NCBI GenBank assembly: GCA_027451965.1
Contig: DAIDHJ010000001.1
Span: 424,963 to 488,962 of the forward strand
DNA: 64,000 bases
DNA from: Candidatus Adlerbacteria bacterium
GTDB lineage: Bacteria; Patescibacteriota; Minisyncoccia; Phycocordibacterales; SBAW01
Direction: 5' to 3'
Part shown: positions 36,277 to 47,069 of the stretch, piece after piece
How the letters are laid out: each line of letters starts with the position of its first letter
Numbering within the stretch: the stretch's first letter is position 1
The notes under the pieces: generated by a model
What the model was told of the DNA's origin: nothing
The model's input: only the letters and a program-made list of their open reading frames with translations
Databases searched by the model: none
Position numbers and translations under genes: made by a program

Positions 36277-36690
36277 TTACTGTTTTCGCTCCATAAAACT
36301 GATTGCCCACTCAATGCCATATTTATCAGTCACGATACCAAATAACCCACCCCAAAATTGCCTTTCCAGGGGCATAAATACATCGCCCTCAGGCGTTAGT
36401 GCAGCAAATAGAGCTTGCGCCTCTGTTTCAGAATCTCCGTCCACCATGATAGCAATATTATCCCCCAGAGTTGCGGTATCCTGCATCATGTCGGAACCAG
36501 AAAGAAGCGTTACTCCATTCTTTGTAAGCACTGCATGCATAATATATCCGTGTTTATCAGGCATTTGTGACGCCATAGGAGAATCGGCAACAGTCATCAT
36601 GGAGACTTCACCGCCTAAGCACGATTGATAAAATTCCATCGCCTCTTTGCACACACCATTGTTAAAACGCAAATGTGTATTGAGTTTCAT
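36277..36690 (-). CDS. VOC/PhnB family protein
   Basis: EAMEFYQSCLGG, IMHA, FWG, DKYGIEW. Confidence 0.9.
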   Translation of the reverse strand: MKLNTHLRFNNGVCKEAMEFYQSCLGGEVSMMTVADSPMASQMPDKHGYIMHAVLTKNGVTLLSGSDMMQDTATLGDNIAIMVDGDSETEAQALFAALTPEGDVFMPLERQFWGGLFGIVTDKYGIEWAISFMERKQ

Positions 36691-36758
36691 ATAGTTACTG
36701 GAACTGCATAATTACTAATTAGCGCAAGGACCTATTATTAAGTATATAGGAATACTTT

Positions 36759-39700
36759 CTAGAGTTTATTGCGTCCCGGGTGCGGAGCACGGAAAAATAG
36801 GATTGGTACTAATACCAAGGTGAGACAAATAGCAAATGCTAATCCAAACATCACTGTATATGCGAGTGGCCCCCAGGTAGCATTGGCAGCAGCGAGTGGA
36901 ATCATACCAATAACAGTAGTAATGGTCGTAAGCAAAATAGGACGCAGACGAGTAGCAGAAGAAGCAACGACTACATCAATAATCGAATCATTCGGATTCG
37001 CATTCACATGTTTAATCATCGAATCCATAAGAATAATTGCATGGTTAATAATGACACCACCCAAGGCAATCACACCAATCAAAGACGTAAGAGAGATAGG
37101 CTGTCCAGTAAGTGCAAGGCCATCTAATACACCAATCAATGAGAGTGGGACGATAGAGAGCAGATACAGAGTGTAGCGAATTGAATTGAAAGCTAAAATA
37201 AGAATAAGGAACATAAGTACTAATCCAGAAAGAAGTGCAACAAACATATCCTGGAAGGATTGATTGATACTCTGACTTTCTCCTCCGTAGGAAACAGATA
37301 CTCCTGCAGGGAGGTGTAGCATGCCAATCTCTTTCTGGAATTGCGATACTACGGCAGTGACCGTCGTTTTATCATCTGGGTAGGCAGATACTGTCTCTAT
37401 GCGATGTTTATCTTTATGACTAATAACGGCATTATTTGGTCCAAGTGAACTATTGAGAATTGAACCCAGTAATACAGATCCGGAGGTCGTTTGAATAGAT
37501 ATGTTATCAATACTATCGAGTGTCGTTTGAGCAGTTTGAGATGGATCAATAGCAGTCGGGTTGAGATTAAGTTTCACCACAACATCAATATCTTGGGTAA
37601 GTTCTGGGATAGTAGTTGCCTTCGTACCATTAATTGCAGCACGGAGCGTTTGTGCCACCAATTGCGTATTCACTCCAAGTGCTTCTGCTTTAGCTCGATT
37701 AATAGATAAATCAAATTCAGTACCATTATTCTGTGTGGAATTAGTAATGTTAGTCACATGCGGAATAGTAGAGAGAAGCTGTTGTCCTCGATTTGCTGCG
37801 GTAATAAGATCATTAAGATTTGTTCCTTCAAACTGTATTTGAATAGGAGCTCCTGACGAAGGACCACCATTTGCTTGAAGCACCTGAATAGTCGCGTCAG
37901 TAATTACTGAGAGGCGTTTTTGTAGATCATCGGCAATTTGAGTACTCGTCTTACTTCGATGAGTAGGAAGGTTCACCGTAATATTGGCAATATTACTCCC
38001 TGACGAACCCTGCCCGGTAAGCGAAGAACTTTCGCCAACAGTGGTTGCAAATGAAGCAATATCTGGATCACTGTAGAGTATTTCTTCTACTTCACGTGCA
38101 GCTAAATCAGTTTGATCAAGTGTAGTTCCTTGCGGTTTCTCTATATTGATAAAGAGAAAATCTTGATTATTTTGTGGAAAAAATACTGCCTGCACTAACC
38201 CAGTAAATGGGAGCGTGAAAGAAAGGATGAACAATACAATGAGCGTACGCAGAAAGATTTTCTGATAGCGTTCGCGCTCTAAAATCAGCCGCAACATGCG
38301 CTTATACCACTCTGTTACCCGTGTTGTATACGCTTCTTGTGCTTGTTCCAAACGATTCTCTGCCCGTTTCGTAAATAAAACTGCAATTAATGGCACTATA
38401 CCAAGTGCTACAAAAATAGAAGCGAGGAGTACAAAGATGAGTGTAAACGGAATACCGGCAATAAATTTACCGACAATGCCAGATATGAAAAACAGTGGAA
38501 GAAATACTGCGACCGTAGTCATTGTCCCTGCAATTAATGGCCATGCATAATCTGCAAGCGCCGCACGAGCAGCAAGTAAAGGAGTAGCGTAGATACGCAT
38601 ACGCGCATGTATCGCTTCTGTGACAACAATACCGGAATCTACCAAAATACCTACTGCAAGCACCAATGCAAATAAACTGATGAAATTGAGTGTGTTACCA
38701 GTAAGATAGAGTCCAATAAACGAAATAAGGAATGAAAGCGGGATTGCCAGTGCAGCAACCAATGATTCACGCCATCCAATAGTGAGTAGTAAGGCAAGAA
38801 TTACTAATAGCACCGTTTCAAATCCTGTTTTAGTAAGATCGCCCAACTGTTTTGTAACTTGTGCCCCTTGATCAGTGGTAGGAGAAATAAATACGGTTAA
38901 ATGCGCAAGATCAGTTTTTCCTAATTGAGTAAGTTTTGCTTTTACCGCACTAGAGACGTCCGTAATACTTGCACTTGATTGCTTAAAAATAGTGAGTGTT
39001 ATTGCCTGACTACTTGGATGTCCATTAAGAGACAGCCGAGAATATGTAGTAGCGGGAGCAAGACCATTGGAGACAGTAGCAATATTGCGTACATAAATGA
39101 TTGCACCATTTTGTGTTCCTACTGCAATATCTGCTATTTGACCTGGATCAGTAATGCCTCCCTCAAAATTGACATTATAATTTACCCCATCCATCGAAAT
39201 GGAGCCTGCGGGTAGGGCTGCATTTGCCGCACTAATTGCAGAGATCACATCGGTGAGTCGAAGTTTGTATTGAGCAAGTGCACTTTTATTTACAATGACA
39301 TCTACTTCCCTATTTGGCACACCAGCTACATCCACCTCAGATACACCAGGAATTGTTTTTAACTCATTTGATATCGTTGTACCAAGATCAGAAAAATCAG
39401 TTGCAGGAAGATCTCCTGCAATAGAGACCACAAGGATAGGTTGATTGCTAAAATCTATTTTTGTTACTTCTGGCGTAGTTGCATCCGAGGGCAGTTGTGA
39501 TGTTACTTTTGCGACCGCATCACGTAAATCCTGAATAGATTGGTCAACATTTGCATTACTGGTGAACTGTACAGTGATTTCAGAAAGGCCAGTACTTGAG
39601 TTTGAAGTGATAGTATCAATATTTGCAATACCGGCAATCTGGTCTTCTAATTTATTAGTAACCAATGTCTCCATATCCTGTGCTGATGCACCAGGAAGTG

Positions 39701-39851
39701 TTGTGGTAACAACACCCTCAGGAATAACAATAGAAGGGGTATTTTCTTTAGGGATTTTCCATAATGAAAAACCGCCAGCAATGATAAGCGCAACAATAAG
39801 CACATAGCTGAATTGTTTACGATCAAGAAAAAAGTTCCACAACCACAACAT
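36759..39851 (-). CDS. RND efflux permease (AcrB family)
   Basis: PGASA, AIPLS, GILVDSGIVVTE, RLRPILLTT. Confidence 0.95.
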   Translation of the reverse strand: MLWLWNFFLDRKQFSYVLIVALIIAGGFSLWKIPKENTPSIVIPEGVVTTTLPGASAQDMETLVTNKLEDQIAGIANIDTITSNSSTGLSEITVQFTSNANVDQSIQDLRDAVAKVTSQLPSDATTPEVTKIDFSNQPILVVSIAGDLPATDFSDLGTTISNELKTIPGVSEVDVAGVPNREVDVIVNKSALAQYKLRLTDVISAISAANAALPAGSISMDGVNYNVNFEGGITDPGQIADIAVGTQNGAIIYVRNIATVSNGLAPATTYSRLSLNGHPSSQAITLTIFKQSSASITDVSSAVKAKLTQLGKTDLAHLTVFISPTTDQGAQVTKQLGDLTKTGFETVLLVILALLLTIGWRESLVAALAIPLSFLISFIGLYLTGNTLNFISLFALVLAVGILVDSGIVVTEAIHARMRIYATPLLAARAALADYAWPLIAGTMTTVAVFLPLFFISGIVGKFIAGIPFTLIFVLLASIFVALGIVPLIAVLFTKRAENRLEQAQEAYTTRVTEWYKRMLRLILERERYQKIFLRTLIVLFILSFTLPFTGLVQAVFFPQNNQDFLFINIEKPQGTTLDQTDLAAREVEEILYSDPDIASFATTVGESSSLTGQGSSGSNIANITVNLPTHRSKTSTQIADDLQKRLSVITDATIQVLQANGGPSSGAPIQIQFEGTNLNDLITAANRGQQLLSTIPHVTNITNSTQNNGTEFDLSINRAKAEALGVNTQLVAQTLRAAINGTKATTIPELTQDIDVVVKLNLNPTAIDPSQTAQTTLDSIDNISIQTTSGSVLLGSILNSSLGPNNAVISHKDKHRIETVSAYPDDKTTVTAVVSQFQKEIGMLHLPAGVSVSYGGESQSINQSFQDMFVALLSGLVLMFLILILAFNSIRYTLYLLSIVPLSLIGVLDGLALTGQPISLTSLIGVIALGGVIINHAIILMDSMIKHVNANPNDSIIDVVVASSATRLRPILLTTITTVIGMIPLAAANATWGPLAYTVMFGLAFAICLTLVLVPILFFRAPHPGRNKL

Positions 39852-39853
39852 AC

Positions 39854-41479
39854 TTAATGCGCATCCACTATAACCGTCTGTCCTTCTGAAAGTCCTCTTG
39901 CGTCAGTCACAATATCCATCGTCGAGGTAAGTCCGCTGGTAACCGTTACTTGATCACCAATGATTGGTCCAAACGTAATAGGGTGTGCCACTAATGTTGA
40001 AGAACTAACAGTAAATACTTCTGGTCCTTCAGGAGTAATTTTTGCAGCCACAATAGGAATTACGAGTGTAGTAGTAGCTAGCGTTGATTGGGCTTGTGAG
40101 GTGGCACGATCTAAAAGAAGACTGACCGTATCTCCATCTGTAAGTGTATTTTGATTTCCGGGAATACCAATTTTTACCTGAATTTGTCCAGTAGACGGGT
40201 CAATAGCTGGAGCAATTGAAGTGATAACACCCCTTACCGCACTATCAATAAGTGCGCTCCCTCCCACAGAAAGTGTACTTGCATCTTGTGGGGTTACATA
40301 GGTAGTAATCTCAAGAGCACGTGGATTAGACACTTCTGCAACTTCCGCAAATGAAGCAACATAATCTCCTTGTGTAATAGGAAGACTCACAATCACTCCA
40401 GAAATAGGAGAACGCACGATTGTTTTTGCAAGGGCTACCCGAGCACTCTCCAGAGCTCCTAGTTCTTCTTGTACATTTGCTTGTGCAAGAGCAATATTAT
40501 TATTGGTTTCTGAACCGGCTGAATTAGCCTCAGTTTGTACGCCCGTCTGTGCACTATCATACGCATTTTTTGCTGCAATAAGGGCAGACATGGCGGTAAT
40601 TACCTCGGTGCGAGCGGCAGCGAGTGTCGCTTGATCTGTTGTAAGCGTACTTGCCGAGAATGCCGCTGAAGGAACTGCTTCATTCATTGCTGCAATAAGG
40701 TTGTTGAGAAATGACTCTACCGTCTGCGCGTCTGCATTCATCTGCGCCACGTTTTGATCAAGGTTGGTAGTAGCAGTGATCGTTGCAGCTGCTTGTGCAT
40801 CAGTAAGCACCGCCCCAAGCATTGATCGTTCATTCTGAATATTTATAACTAATTGACTGTCTGGGATAACAAATGGCTGGAGCGTGGGAGTGACTGCATG
40901 GGCATTGATAAATAGTGTATCGGCTTTCGTATGCACCGCATCATCCAAGTCTGCATAGCTGGTTTGTAATGCTGTTGCAACCGTTTGTGCGTCATTTTGC
41001 GCTGTCTGCGCAGCTCCTTGAGAGGTAATGGTCGAATTAGAGGCAGTTGCACCTTGTGCGTTTGCGAGCGATGCTAGTGCTGCATTATAGGCACCCTGTG
41101 CCTGCACTACCGCAGCCTGCTGACTACTATTTTCAAACGTTGCAATCACTTCTCCCGCCTGCACGTGATCCCCTAACGATCGAGGAAGTGAGACAATTTC
41201 TCCTGAAGTTTGAGAAAGAATGGTTGCTTGTCCAAGTGAAGTTACACTTCCGGTAAGCGGAAGAGGGCCTCCTTGTGAAGAAAGACTTGCGACAGAGGCA
41301 ATTTGGACATGACTAATAGAAGCGGGGGTGCTTTGACTAGTCGTGTTTCCTGTAAAAATATGTACGGTAACAATAACCGTACTCAAAAGCAGTATTCCAC
41401 CACCTATTTTATATGGAAGTGATAATTTACTCACATAACGAGCTATATGAAAAAAAAAGTTGGCCAGTTTATTACGCAT
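39854..41479 (-). CDS. RND membrane-fusion (HlyD-family) adaptor with long helical hairpin
   Basis: N-terminal TM, lipoyl halves GDHVQAGEVIA and VRSPISGVI. Confidence 0.88.
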   Translation of the reverse strand: MRNKLANFFFHIARYVSKLSLPYKIGGGILLLSTVIVTVHIFTGNTTSQSTPASISHVQIASVASLSSQGGPLPLTGSVTSLGQATILSQTSGEIVSLPRSLGDHVQAGEVIATFENSSQQAAVVQAQGAYNAALASLANAQGATASNSTITSQGAAQTAQNDAQTVATALQTSYADLDDAVHTKADTLFINAHAVTPTLQPFVIPDSQLVINIQNERSMLGAVLTDAQAAATITATTNLDQNVAQMNADAQTVESFLNNLIAAMNEAVPSAAFSASTLTTDQATLAAARTEVITAMSALIAAKNAYDSAQTGVQTEANSAGSETNNNIALAQANVQEELGALESARVALAKTIVRSPISGVIVSLPITQGDYVASFAEVAEVSNPRALEITTYVTPQDASTLSVGGSALIDSAVRGVITSIAPAIDPSTGQIQVKIGIPGNQNTLTDGDTVSLLLDRATSQAQSTLATTTLVIPIVAAKITPEGPEVFTVSSSTLVAHPITFGPIIGDQVTVTSGLTSTMDIVTDARGLSEGQTVIVDAH

Positions 41480-41566
41480 GGTCTAGTTACTGCAAAAACA
41501 ATTAGATTTTACTACGATTTCAATAAACACACTATTAAAATAGTAAATTTAATAAGATATAAAGTG

Positions 41567-41596
41567 AAAAGGGGTACCAGAATTTCTGGTACCCCT
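41567..41596 (-). terminator. Intrinsic terminator
   Basis: 13-bp perfect inverted repeat AGGGGTACCAGAA/TTCTGGTACCCCT with a short T-tract on the minus strand. Confidence 0.85.
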
Positions 41597-41613
41597 CGGC
41601 AGATCGAGCTATG

Positions 41614-41718
41614 TTAGCTCGTACCGCCGACGCCGTTGCCGGCGCGCGCGTCGATCGTGTGCTGATAGAACATTTCGTGCAAACAGAAATCGGACGAAGT
41701 CGGAGCTCTCGTGTGCAT
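41614..41718 (-). CDS. 34-aa micropeptide MHTRAPTSSDFCLHEMFYQHTIDARAGNGVGGTS
   Basis: TTGACA-16-TATTAT (41794-41767), AAGGAGGT SD, terminator. Confidence 0.6.
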   Translation of the reverse strand: MHTRAPTSSDFCLHEMFYQHTIDARAGNGVGGTS

Positions 41719-41862
41719 ATGACCTCCTTTTGCAAGCAGGAAACCATGTATTCGGTTTCTAAATGAATAATACTATATATATTTATATTGTCAATATTGT
41801 AGTACTATCCACAGAAAACCATACTTGTGCACCCTCCTGACAAGGCAGTACAGTACAAAAAT

Positions 41863-42585
41863 ATGGCTAAATACATTACTAATTTTCTAAAAAAAGAACC
41901 GGTTGCAGAGAAAACGCTACAACTACAGTTTGCCCGTCCAGAAGGATTCACGTACAGACCAGGACAAACTATTGACCTCACTCTCATTCACCCGTTAGTA
42001 GATGATGCGGATGGAAATACACGCACTCTTTCTTTGGCAAGTACCCCCGATGATGAGCTGCTTTCTGTTGCTACTCGTATTCGAGATAGTGCATTCAAAA
42101 AAAATATAGAAGCATTACACCAACATACAGAGGTACTGATCACTGGCCCATTTGGCTCTTTTACTCTACATCAAAACAGCAAACGACCAGCAGTATTCCT
42201 TGCTGGTGGTATTGGTATCACTCCCTTTTATTCCATAATTAATGACGCTATAAAACATACTCTTCCTCATTCTCTCTTTCTCTTCTATGCAAATAGACGT
42301 CCAGAAGATGCACCATTCCTTTCGGAACTTAAAAATCTGAGCGCTCAACATGCACAATTTCACTTCATCCCTACCATGACTAATATGTCTCAATCAAAAC
42401 AACATTGGGAAGGCATTAAAGGACATATTAGTGAAGCAATGCTAACCGCACACATTCCAAATGATATGCTTCCTATATACTATCTTGCCGGACCATCAAA
42501 CATGGTTATGGCAATGCAAAATATGCTACATGATATGCTCGTTGATACTGACAGTATAAAAATTGAAGAGTTTCCCGGCTATTAA
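41863..42585 (+). CDS. FAD/NAD(P)-binding oxidoreductase (FNR-like)
   Basis: PGQ, RTLSLAS, GPFGSF, AGGIGITP, AGP, EEFPGY. Confidence 0.9.
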   Translation: MAKYITNFLKKEPVAEKTLQLQFARPEGFTYRPGQTIDLTLIHPLVDDADGNTRTLSLASTPDDELLSVATRIRDSAFKKNIEALHQHTEVLITGPFGSFTLHQNSKRPAVFLAGGIGITPFYSIINDAIKHTLPHSLFLFYANRRPEDAPFLSELKNLSAQHAQFHFIPTMTNMSQSKQHWEGIKGHISEAMLTAHIPNDMLPIYYLAGPSNMVMAMQNMLHDMLVDTDSIKIEEFPGY

Positions 42586-42712
42586 TATCTGTTTTTCTCT
42601 CAATGCAGAACTGTAGGCATTTCCTAAGTCTAAAGAAGGAGAATTATTTGATAATTAATTATTTAAGGTTATATTATTTTTAGTTCCTTACATTCGTACC
42701 AAGGAGAAAAAG

Positions 42713-42907
42713 GTGGTCACAACAGTGTACTTCCCCATCGGGGACGTACTTCAAGAAGTGGGACAGGTGGATAGCAGTATTCTCATCAAAATGGGGATAG
42801 CGCAGCCTGAAATCGGAAAAATAGTTATGCTTAGCGACGAGGCACAGTTGGATGCTTGCCTTGAGGCCATGCTGACCAAACACAAGCAACAAAAATCGGC
42901 CGCATAG
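42713..42907 (+). CDS. Orphan 64-aa protein
   Basis: TTGATA at 42648, AAGGAG SD, terminator at 42929-42954. Confidence 0.6.
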   Translation: MVTTVYFPIGDVLQEVGQVDSSILIKMGIAQPEIGKIVMLSDEAQLDACLEAMLTKHKQQKSAA

Positions 42908-42989
42908 AAATCTTGCAACTCTTTCACTACCCCGTAGCCTATGCTGCGGGGTTTATTATTTCTACCAAAAAAGAGGTACACTTGTGGTT

Positions 42990-43478
42990 ATGAAAGAGGT
43001 GTATGTGAGAAATATTGTGTTTGGTATTGCAGACAGTCTCGTATCTACCGTTGGTCTCCTTTCCGGAATAGACGTGAGCGGCAGCGCACACGGCACCATC
43101 ATTCTTACCGGACTTATCTATGCGTTTGTAGAATCACTTTCTATGGCTATTGGCAGTTTCCTTTCTGAACAAGCAACAGAAGAGGTGAAGGAAAGAAAGG
43201 AAACTGCCACGATTGTACCGTTTATTGGAGGAGTAACCATGTTTCTTTCCTTCCTTATCTCCTCATTCATTCCCCTCTTTCCGTACTTATTTCTTCATAC
43301 CATCCTTGCACTTGTGCTCTCCATAGCACTATCCTTGCTCACACTATTCATAGTGGGAATTGTTATGGCTCGTCTGTCCAAAATATCTCCTTGGCGCCAT
43401 GGAATGAAAATGGTATTTCTGGGAGGAGCAGCTATTGTGATTGGTGCAATCATCGGAAAATATATTCATGCACAGTAA
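42990..43478 (+). CDS. VIT1/CCC1 Fe/Mn transporter family
   Basis: VFGIADSLVST, SMAIGSFLSE, IPLFPY. Confidence 0.88.
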   Translation: MKEVYVRNIVFGIADSLVSTVGLLSGIDVSGSAHGTIILTGLIYAFVESLSMAIGSFLSEQATEEVKERKETATIVPFIGGVTMFLSFLISSFIPLFPYLFLHTILALVLSIALSLLTLFIVGIVMARLSKISPWRHGMKMVFLGGAAIVIGAIIGKYIHAQ

Positions 43479-43618
43479 TTACTGCTGCTAATAGCAGTCG
43501 ACGAGCTATGCTTGTGTAATGATATGCCCTTCCATTGTCTGCAATAATTCCTGTATGACAATGCTATAACGCACAAATGAAAGTGTTAGGTTGATTTGCC
43601 GGGGTATTATGTATTTAT

Positions 43619-44146
43619 ATGCGTTCAAAAATTATTCACGAATCAGCACTATCGCGCGCTGTATTTGCCGATACTCGCCTCGCATGGATATGGCTGTTTG
43701 TGCGCCTCTATGTTGGATATCAATGGCTCGTTGCTGGTTGGGAAAAATTTTCCAATCAAGCATGGGTTGGCGATAGAGCAGGCACGGCATTGCGCGAATT
43801 TCTTGATGGATCTTTGCAGAAAACTAGCGGATTACATCCGGATGTATCTGCTTGGTATGCAACATTCATCCAGCACATTGTGCTCTCGCACCTCACTCTA
43901 TTCTCCTATATGGTGACGTATGGAGAACTAGGAGTAGGTATTGCGCTTGTGCTCGGCATATTCACCGGCATTGCAGCATGCGGAGGAATAGTTATGAATG
44001 TTAATTATTTGTTAGCTGGCACCATAAGCACCAATCCAATTTTGCTATTACTTCAATTTCTTCTCATTCTGGCATGGAGAACCGCCGGATGGGTTGGCAT
44101 CGATCGATACATACATCCACCGGTTCATGCATCCTGGAAAGAATGA
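43619..44146 (+). CDS. DoxX / TQO small subunit DoxD family membrane protein
   Basis: RLYVGYQWLVAGWEK, GELGVGIALVLG, NYLLAG..STNP. Confidence 0.85.
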   Translation: MRSKIIHESALSRAVFADTRLAWIWLFVRLYVGYQWLVAGWEKFSNQAWVGDRAGTALREFLDGSLQKTSGLHPDVSAWYATFIQHIVLSHLTLFSYMVTYGELGVGIALVLGIFTGIAACGGIVMNVNYLLAGTISTNPILLLLQFLLILAWRTAGWVGIDRYIHPPVHASWKE

Positions 44147-44164
44147 TTGTTTCTTATTAAGAAA

Positions 44165-44620
44165 TCATGTTCCTACACGTATAGTCTGAGCATCTATAGT
44201 CCACGAAGATATACCGCCTGCAATAGAGCCGTTGATCATGATAGTATCCCCTTCTCGAAGATTCTCCAAAGACATTATTTCGCCATCCTGCTTCATAAAT
44301 ACCGTACTGGGTGTTACTAGAACGTTCCAATGAAACTGTGTGGCGTCCCATGTCATATCGACCGTCAGTAGGTTGCTTGAAATACTTTGAATGCGAGCTC
44401 CTTTCAAAAATATCAAACCATTATTTGCGATATGCATTTCCAGTACACGGTTACTTTGGGTTGCTGCGATGACCTGATCTACGGCAGCCGCTTTTGGCGG
44501 GGTTTCAAGAACAATAAAGAAAAATACTATTGCAGAAAACATAAAAAAGAGAAATGCACCACCAAAGCCGATGAATAAGAGGGTGTTATGAAAAAATAAT
44601 GAGCGAATCTTTTGAGACAT
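44165..44620 (-). CDS. Membrane-anchored hypothetical protein
   Basis: One TM plus beta-rich domain. Confidence 0.7.
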   Translation of the reverse strand: MSQKIRSLFFHNTLLFIGFGGAFLFFMFSAIVFFFIVLETPPKAAAVDQVIAATQSNRVLEMHIANNGLIFLKGARIQSISSNLLTVDMTWDATQFHWNVLVTPSTVFMKQDGEIMSLENLREGDTIMINGSIAGGISSWTIDAQTIRVGT

Positions 44621-44834
44621 AATTTCGAAATGTGTGCAAAAAATGTAACAGAGAAATAGTGTACTTTTGGTGAAAGAAGAGATGCTCCGCTATGCAATAG
44701 AGTCTTTCGCCATCCTGTATATCTCCTAATCAGGGGATAAGGATTTGATTCATTAATTAGTGTGTATACAGATTGACGTATAGCAATACGCATGTAATCC
44801 TAAGGACAGTTGTTTCTCTCAGAAAGGAGGAAGC

Positions 44835-45047
44835 GTGGTTATTCCATACGTGCAAAAATGCACCTACCAGGATGGTATCGTCACTCTCCTCCTCAATGTC
44901 CAGGGCAATAAAAAAGAGGAGCGTGTATATACTAAACAAGCCCTCGAAGAGGTTGTTGCCAATCTTCGCAAGTACTTTCCAGACTATGCCACAGCATTAG
45001 AGGAAGTACTTGTGAAATGGCCTATGCAACCATCTTCGAATGGATAA
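44835..45047 (+). CDS. Orphan 70-aa protein
   Basis: TTGACG at 44773, AAGGAGG SD, GTG start, terminator. Confidence 0.6.
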   Translation: MVIPYVQKCTYQDGIVTLLLNVQGNKKEERVYTKQALEEVVANLRKYFPDYATALEEVLVKWPMQPSSNG

Positions 45048-45059
45048 ATAGATCAAGCT

Positions 45060-45101
45060 ACCGCTTGAGCGGAAATCGTCTGTTTGGGCGGTTTCTGTTT
45101 T
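45060..45101 (+). terminator. G-U-rich hairpin terminator
   Basis: ACCGCTTGAGCGGA/TCTGTTTGGGCGGT pairs over 14 nt with G-U wobbles, then TTCTGTTTT. Confidence 0.7.
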
Positions 45102-45197
45102 CCAGGGAGTGCATAACCTCAATTGACTTTATTTTTATAAAAAAAGACTATTACCTGTAGAAGTTCGCGACATGGTGCGTTAAGGAGGTGATACGCC

Positions 45198-45707
45198 GTG
45201 CGCATGTTGCTCTGTATGCTGTTTTTCCTTCTCCTTCTCTCTCCGTTATCCTCTCTTGCGAATCAGTCACAAGAATCGTTCAACCAGGAAGGATATGGTG
45301 CTTTTTGCGATGCATCTCGGTATACCATCCCGCATCCGCAGGACATTTATCCGCTGTATGTTCCTGGTGTAGAACAATCTGGACAAAGAACACGATTCAT
45401 CATTTCCATGCAAGAAAATGCTTGCGGAGAAAGTGAAACGCTGTGCACGTTTTCGACCGAACGCGCACGAGACGATGCCATGCTGGTTCTTACTCTGGCA
45501 ATTGAAAGAGGTGCAACACACCCTTACATCTTTTGCAGCATCCACGAGGATAGGGTCCATATAAAATCTCGCCAATTCATCGTTGGCGAGATTTTCTTTA
45601 GGAAAGTTCAAGACAAAAGAGCATATTTGTACTCCCTGACACTCCAAAACGAATACCGGCAGCTATTATCACCCTATCCCCTTTCTCCGCCAGTTGTTGT
45701 TCTTTAA
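45198..45707 (+). CDS. Orphan secreted protein
   Basis: TTGACT at 45123, AAGGAGGTGA SD, signal peptide; 3' end overlaps pyk by 110 nt. Confidence 0.55.
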   Translation: MRMLLCMLFFLLLLSPLSSLANQSQESFNQEGYGAFCDASRYTIPHPQDIYPLYVPGVEQSGQRTRFIISMQENACGESETLCTFSTERARDDAMLVLTLAIERGATHPYIFCSIHEDRVHIKSRQFIVGEIFFRKVQDKRAYLYSLTLQNEYRQLLSPYPLSPPVVVL

Positions 45708-47007
45708 GGAAAGTGGAAATGCGCTCCAATCCCGCATCAAGAGATGGGATAGGATCAATTTGATACGGATATACGCCGGAAACCAGGGTAAGTTTATGTA
45801 CCGTCTGGCGGTGTGGAGTAAGCGCAATAATAGGACACGGCGGATTGAAACGAGCTACCATTTGGGCGGTGGTCCCGGATTCAGTAAGTGCAACAATCAA
45901 TTTCGCCCCTACATCCTGTGCTGCTTGCGTTACCGAAGCACTGATAGCATCCACAACGCTCAGGTGGGTGGATGAAACTTTGGAAAGCGAATGTTCAACG
46001 GTAGAAGCTATACGCGCCATTACAGAAATTGCTTCTTCTGGATATGAACCGAGAGTTGTTTCTTCAGAAAGCATGACTGCATCTGTTCCATCAAAAATCG
46101 CGTTTGCCACATCTGACACCTCTGCACGAGTAGGCACTGGACTATGAATCATTGATTCGAGCATTTGTGTTGCGGTAATGACCGGTTTGCCGAGCATACG
46201 ACACTGTTCAATGATATTTTTCTGATACAGCGGAACCTTTTCTGCAGGAACTTCTATGGCAAGATCTCCCCTTGCCACCATAGCCCCATCCGCTGCGGCA
46301 AGTATCGCCGCTAAATTCTCAATCGATTCCTGCGTCTCTATCTTCGCAATGATGGGCAGATCCACCTCTTTTTCCCGAAGAAGAGTGCGTAGTTCGTCTA
46401 TGTCTTCTACCCGACGGACAAAAGAGAGGGCTATCATATCCACTCCTTCAGCAAGACCGAACAAGAGATCTTCCCGATCCTTTTCGGTGATAGACGGGAT
46501 AGAGAGATGCGCACCAGGAACATTGATACCTCGACGCGGTTTTAATTCCCCTCCTACTATTACTCTACAGACAATGTCATTCCCTTTGACCGAAAGCACT
46601 TGCAGTCGCTTTTTTCCATCATCAACCATGATCACGGATCCTTCATTTACCTCCTGGGGTAATTTCTTGTAGCTGATAGAAATTCTGTTGTTATCCCCAA
46701 TAATATCTTCAGTGGTAAGAATCAGTTGGTCTCCGGGAGTAATGGTGATACGGTCAGAAATATACGTTCCTGTGCGAATCTTTGGACCAGACAAGTCCAG
46801 TAAAATACCGACTGGTATTGAAAAAAGATCGCTTACCTGTCGAATACGTTTAATTCTCTCTCGATGCTCCTCGTGCGTACCGTGACTCATATTGAGACGC
46901 GCCACATTTAGGCCAGCGCGCACCAATTTTTCAAGCATGGGAACCTGTTCCGTACTTGGACCAATTGTGGCCACTATTTTTGTCCGTTTTGTTGAATGTA
47001 TTGACAT
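45598..47007 (-). CDS. pyk: Pyruvate kinase
   Basis: TKIVATIGP, RLNMSHG, IAKIE, MVARGDL, ATQMLESM, PTRAE. Confidence 0.98.
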   Translation of the reverse strand: MSIHSTKRTKIVATIGPSTEQVPMLEKLVRAGLNVARLNMSHGTHEEHRERIKRIRQVSDLFSIPVGILLDLSGPKIRTGTYISDRITITPGDQLILTTEDIIGDNNRISISYKKLPQEVNEGSVIMVDDGKKRLQVLSVKGNDIVCRVIVGGELKPRRGINVPGAHLSIPSITEKDREDLLFGLAEGVDMIALSFVRRVEDIDELRTLLREKEVDLPIIAKIETQESIENLAAILAAADGAMVARGDLAIEVPAEKVPLYQKNIIEQCRMLGKPVITATQMLESMIHSPVPTRAEVSDVANAIFDGTDAVMLSEETTLGSYPEEAISVMARIASTVEHSLSKVSSTHLSVVDAISASVTQAAQDVGAKLIVALTESGTTAQMVARFNPPCPIIALTPHRQTVHKLTLVSGVYPYQIDPIPSLDAGLERISTFLKEQQLAEKGDRVIIAAGIRFGVSGSTNMLFCLELS

Positions 47008-47069
47008 ACTGATACTTACTAATGAAACAAGCCTCCTAGTAGCTAGGAAGCTTGTTATCAGAAATACAA

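Noticed and set aside
36759-41479. RND pump without TolC as a novelty
   Set aside because: Expected in organisms lacking an outer membrane
41535-41747. 70-aa minus ORF
   Set aside because: Runs through the terminator; the SD points to the 34-aa ORF in another frame
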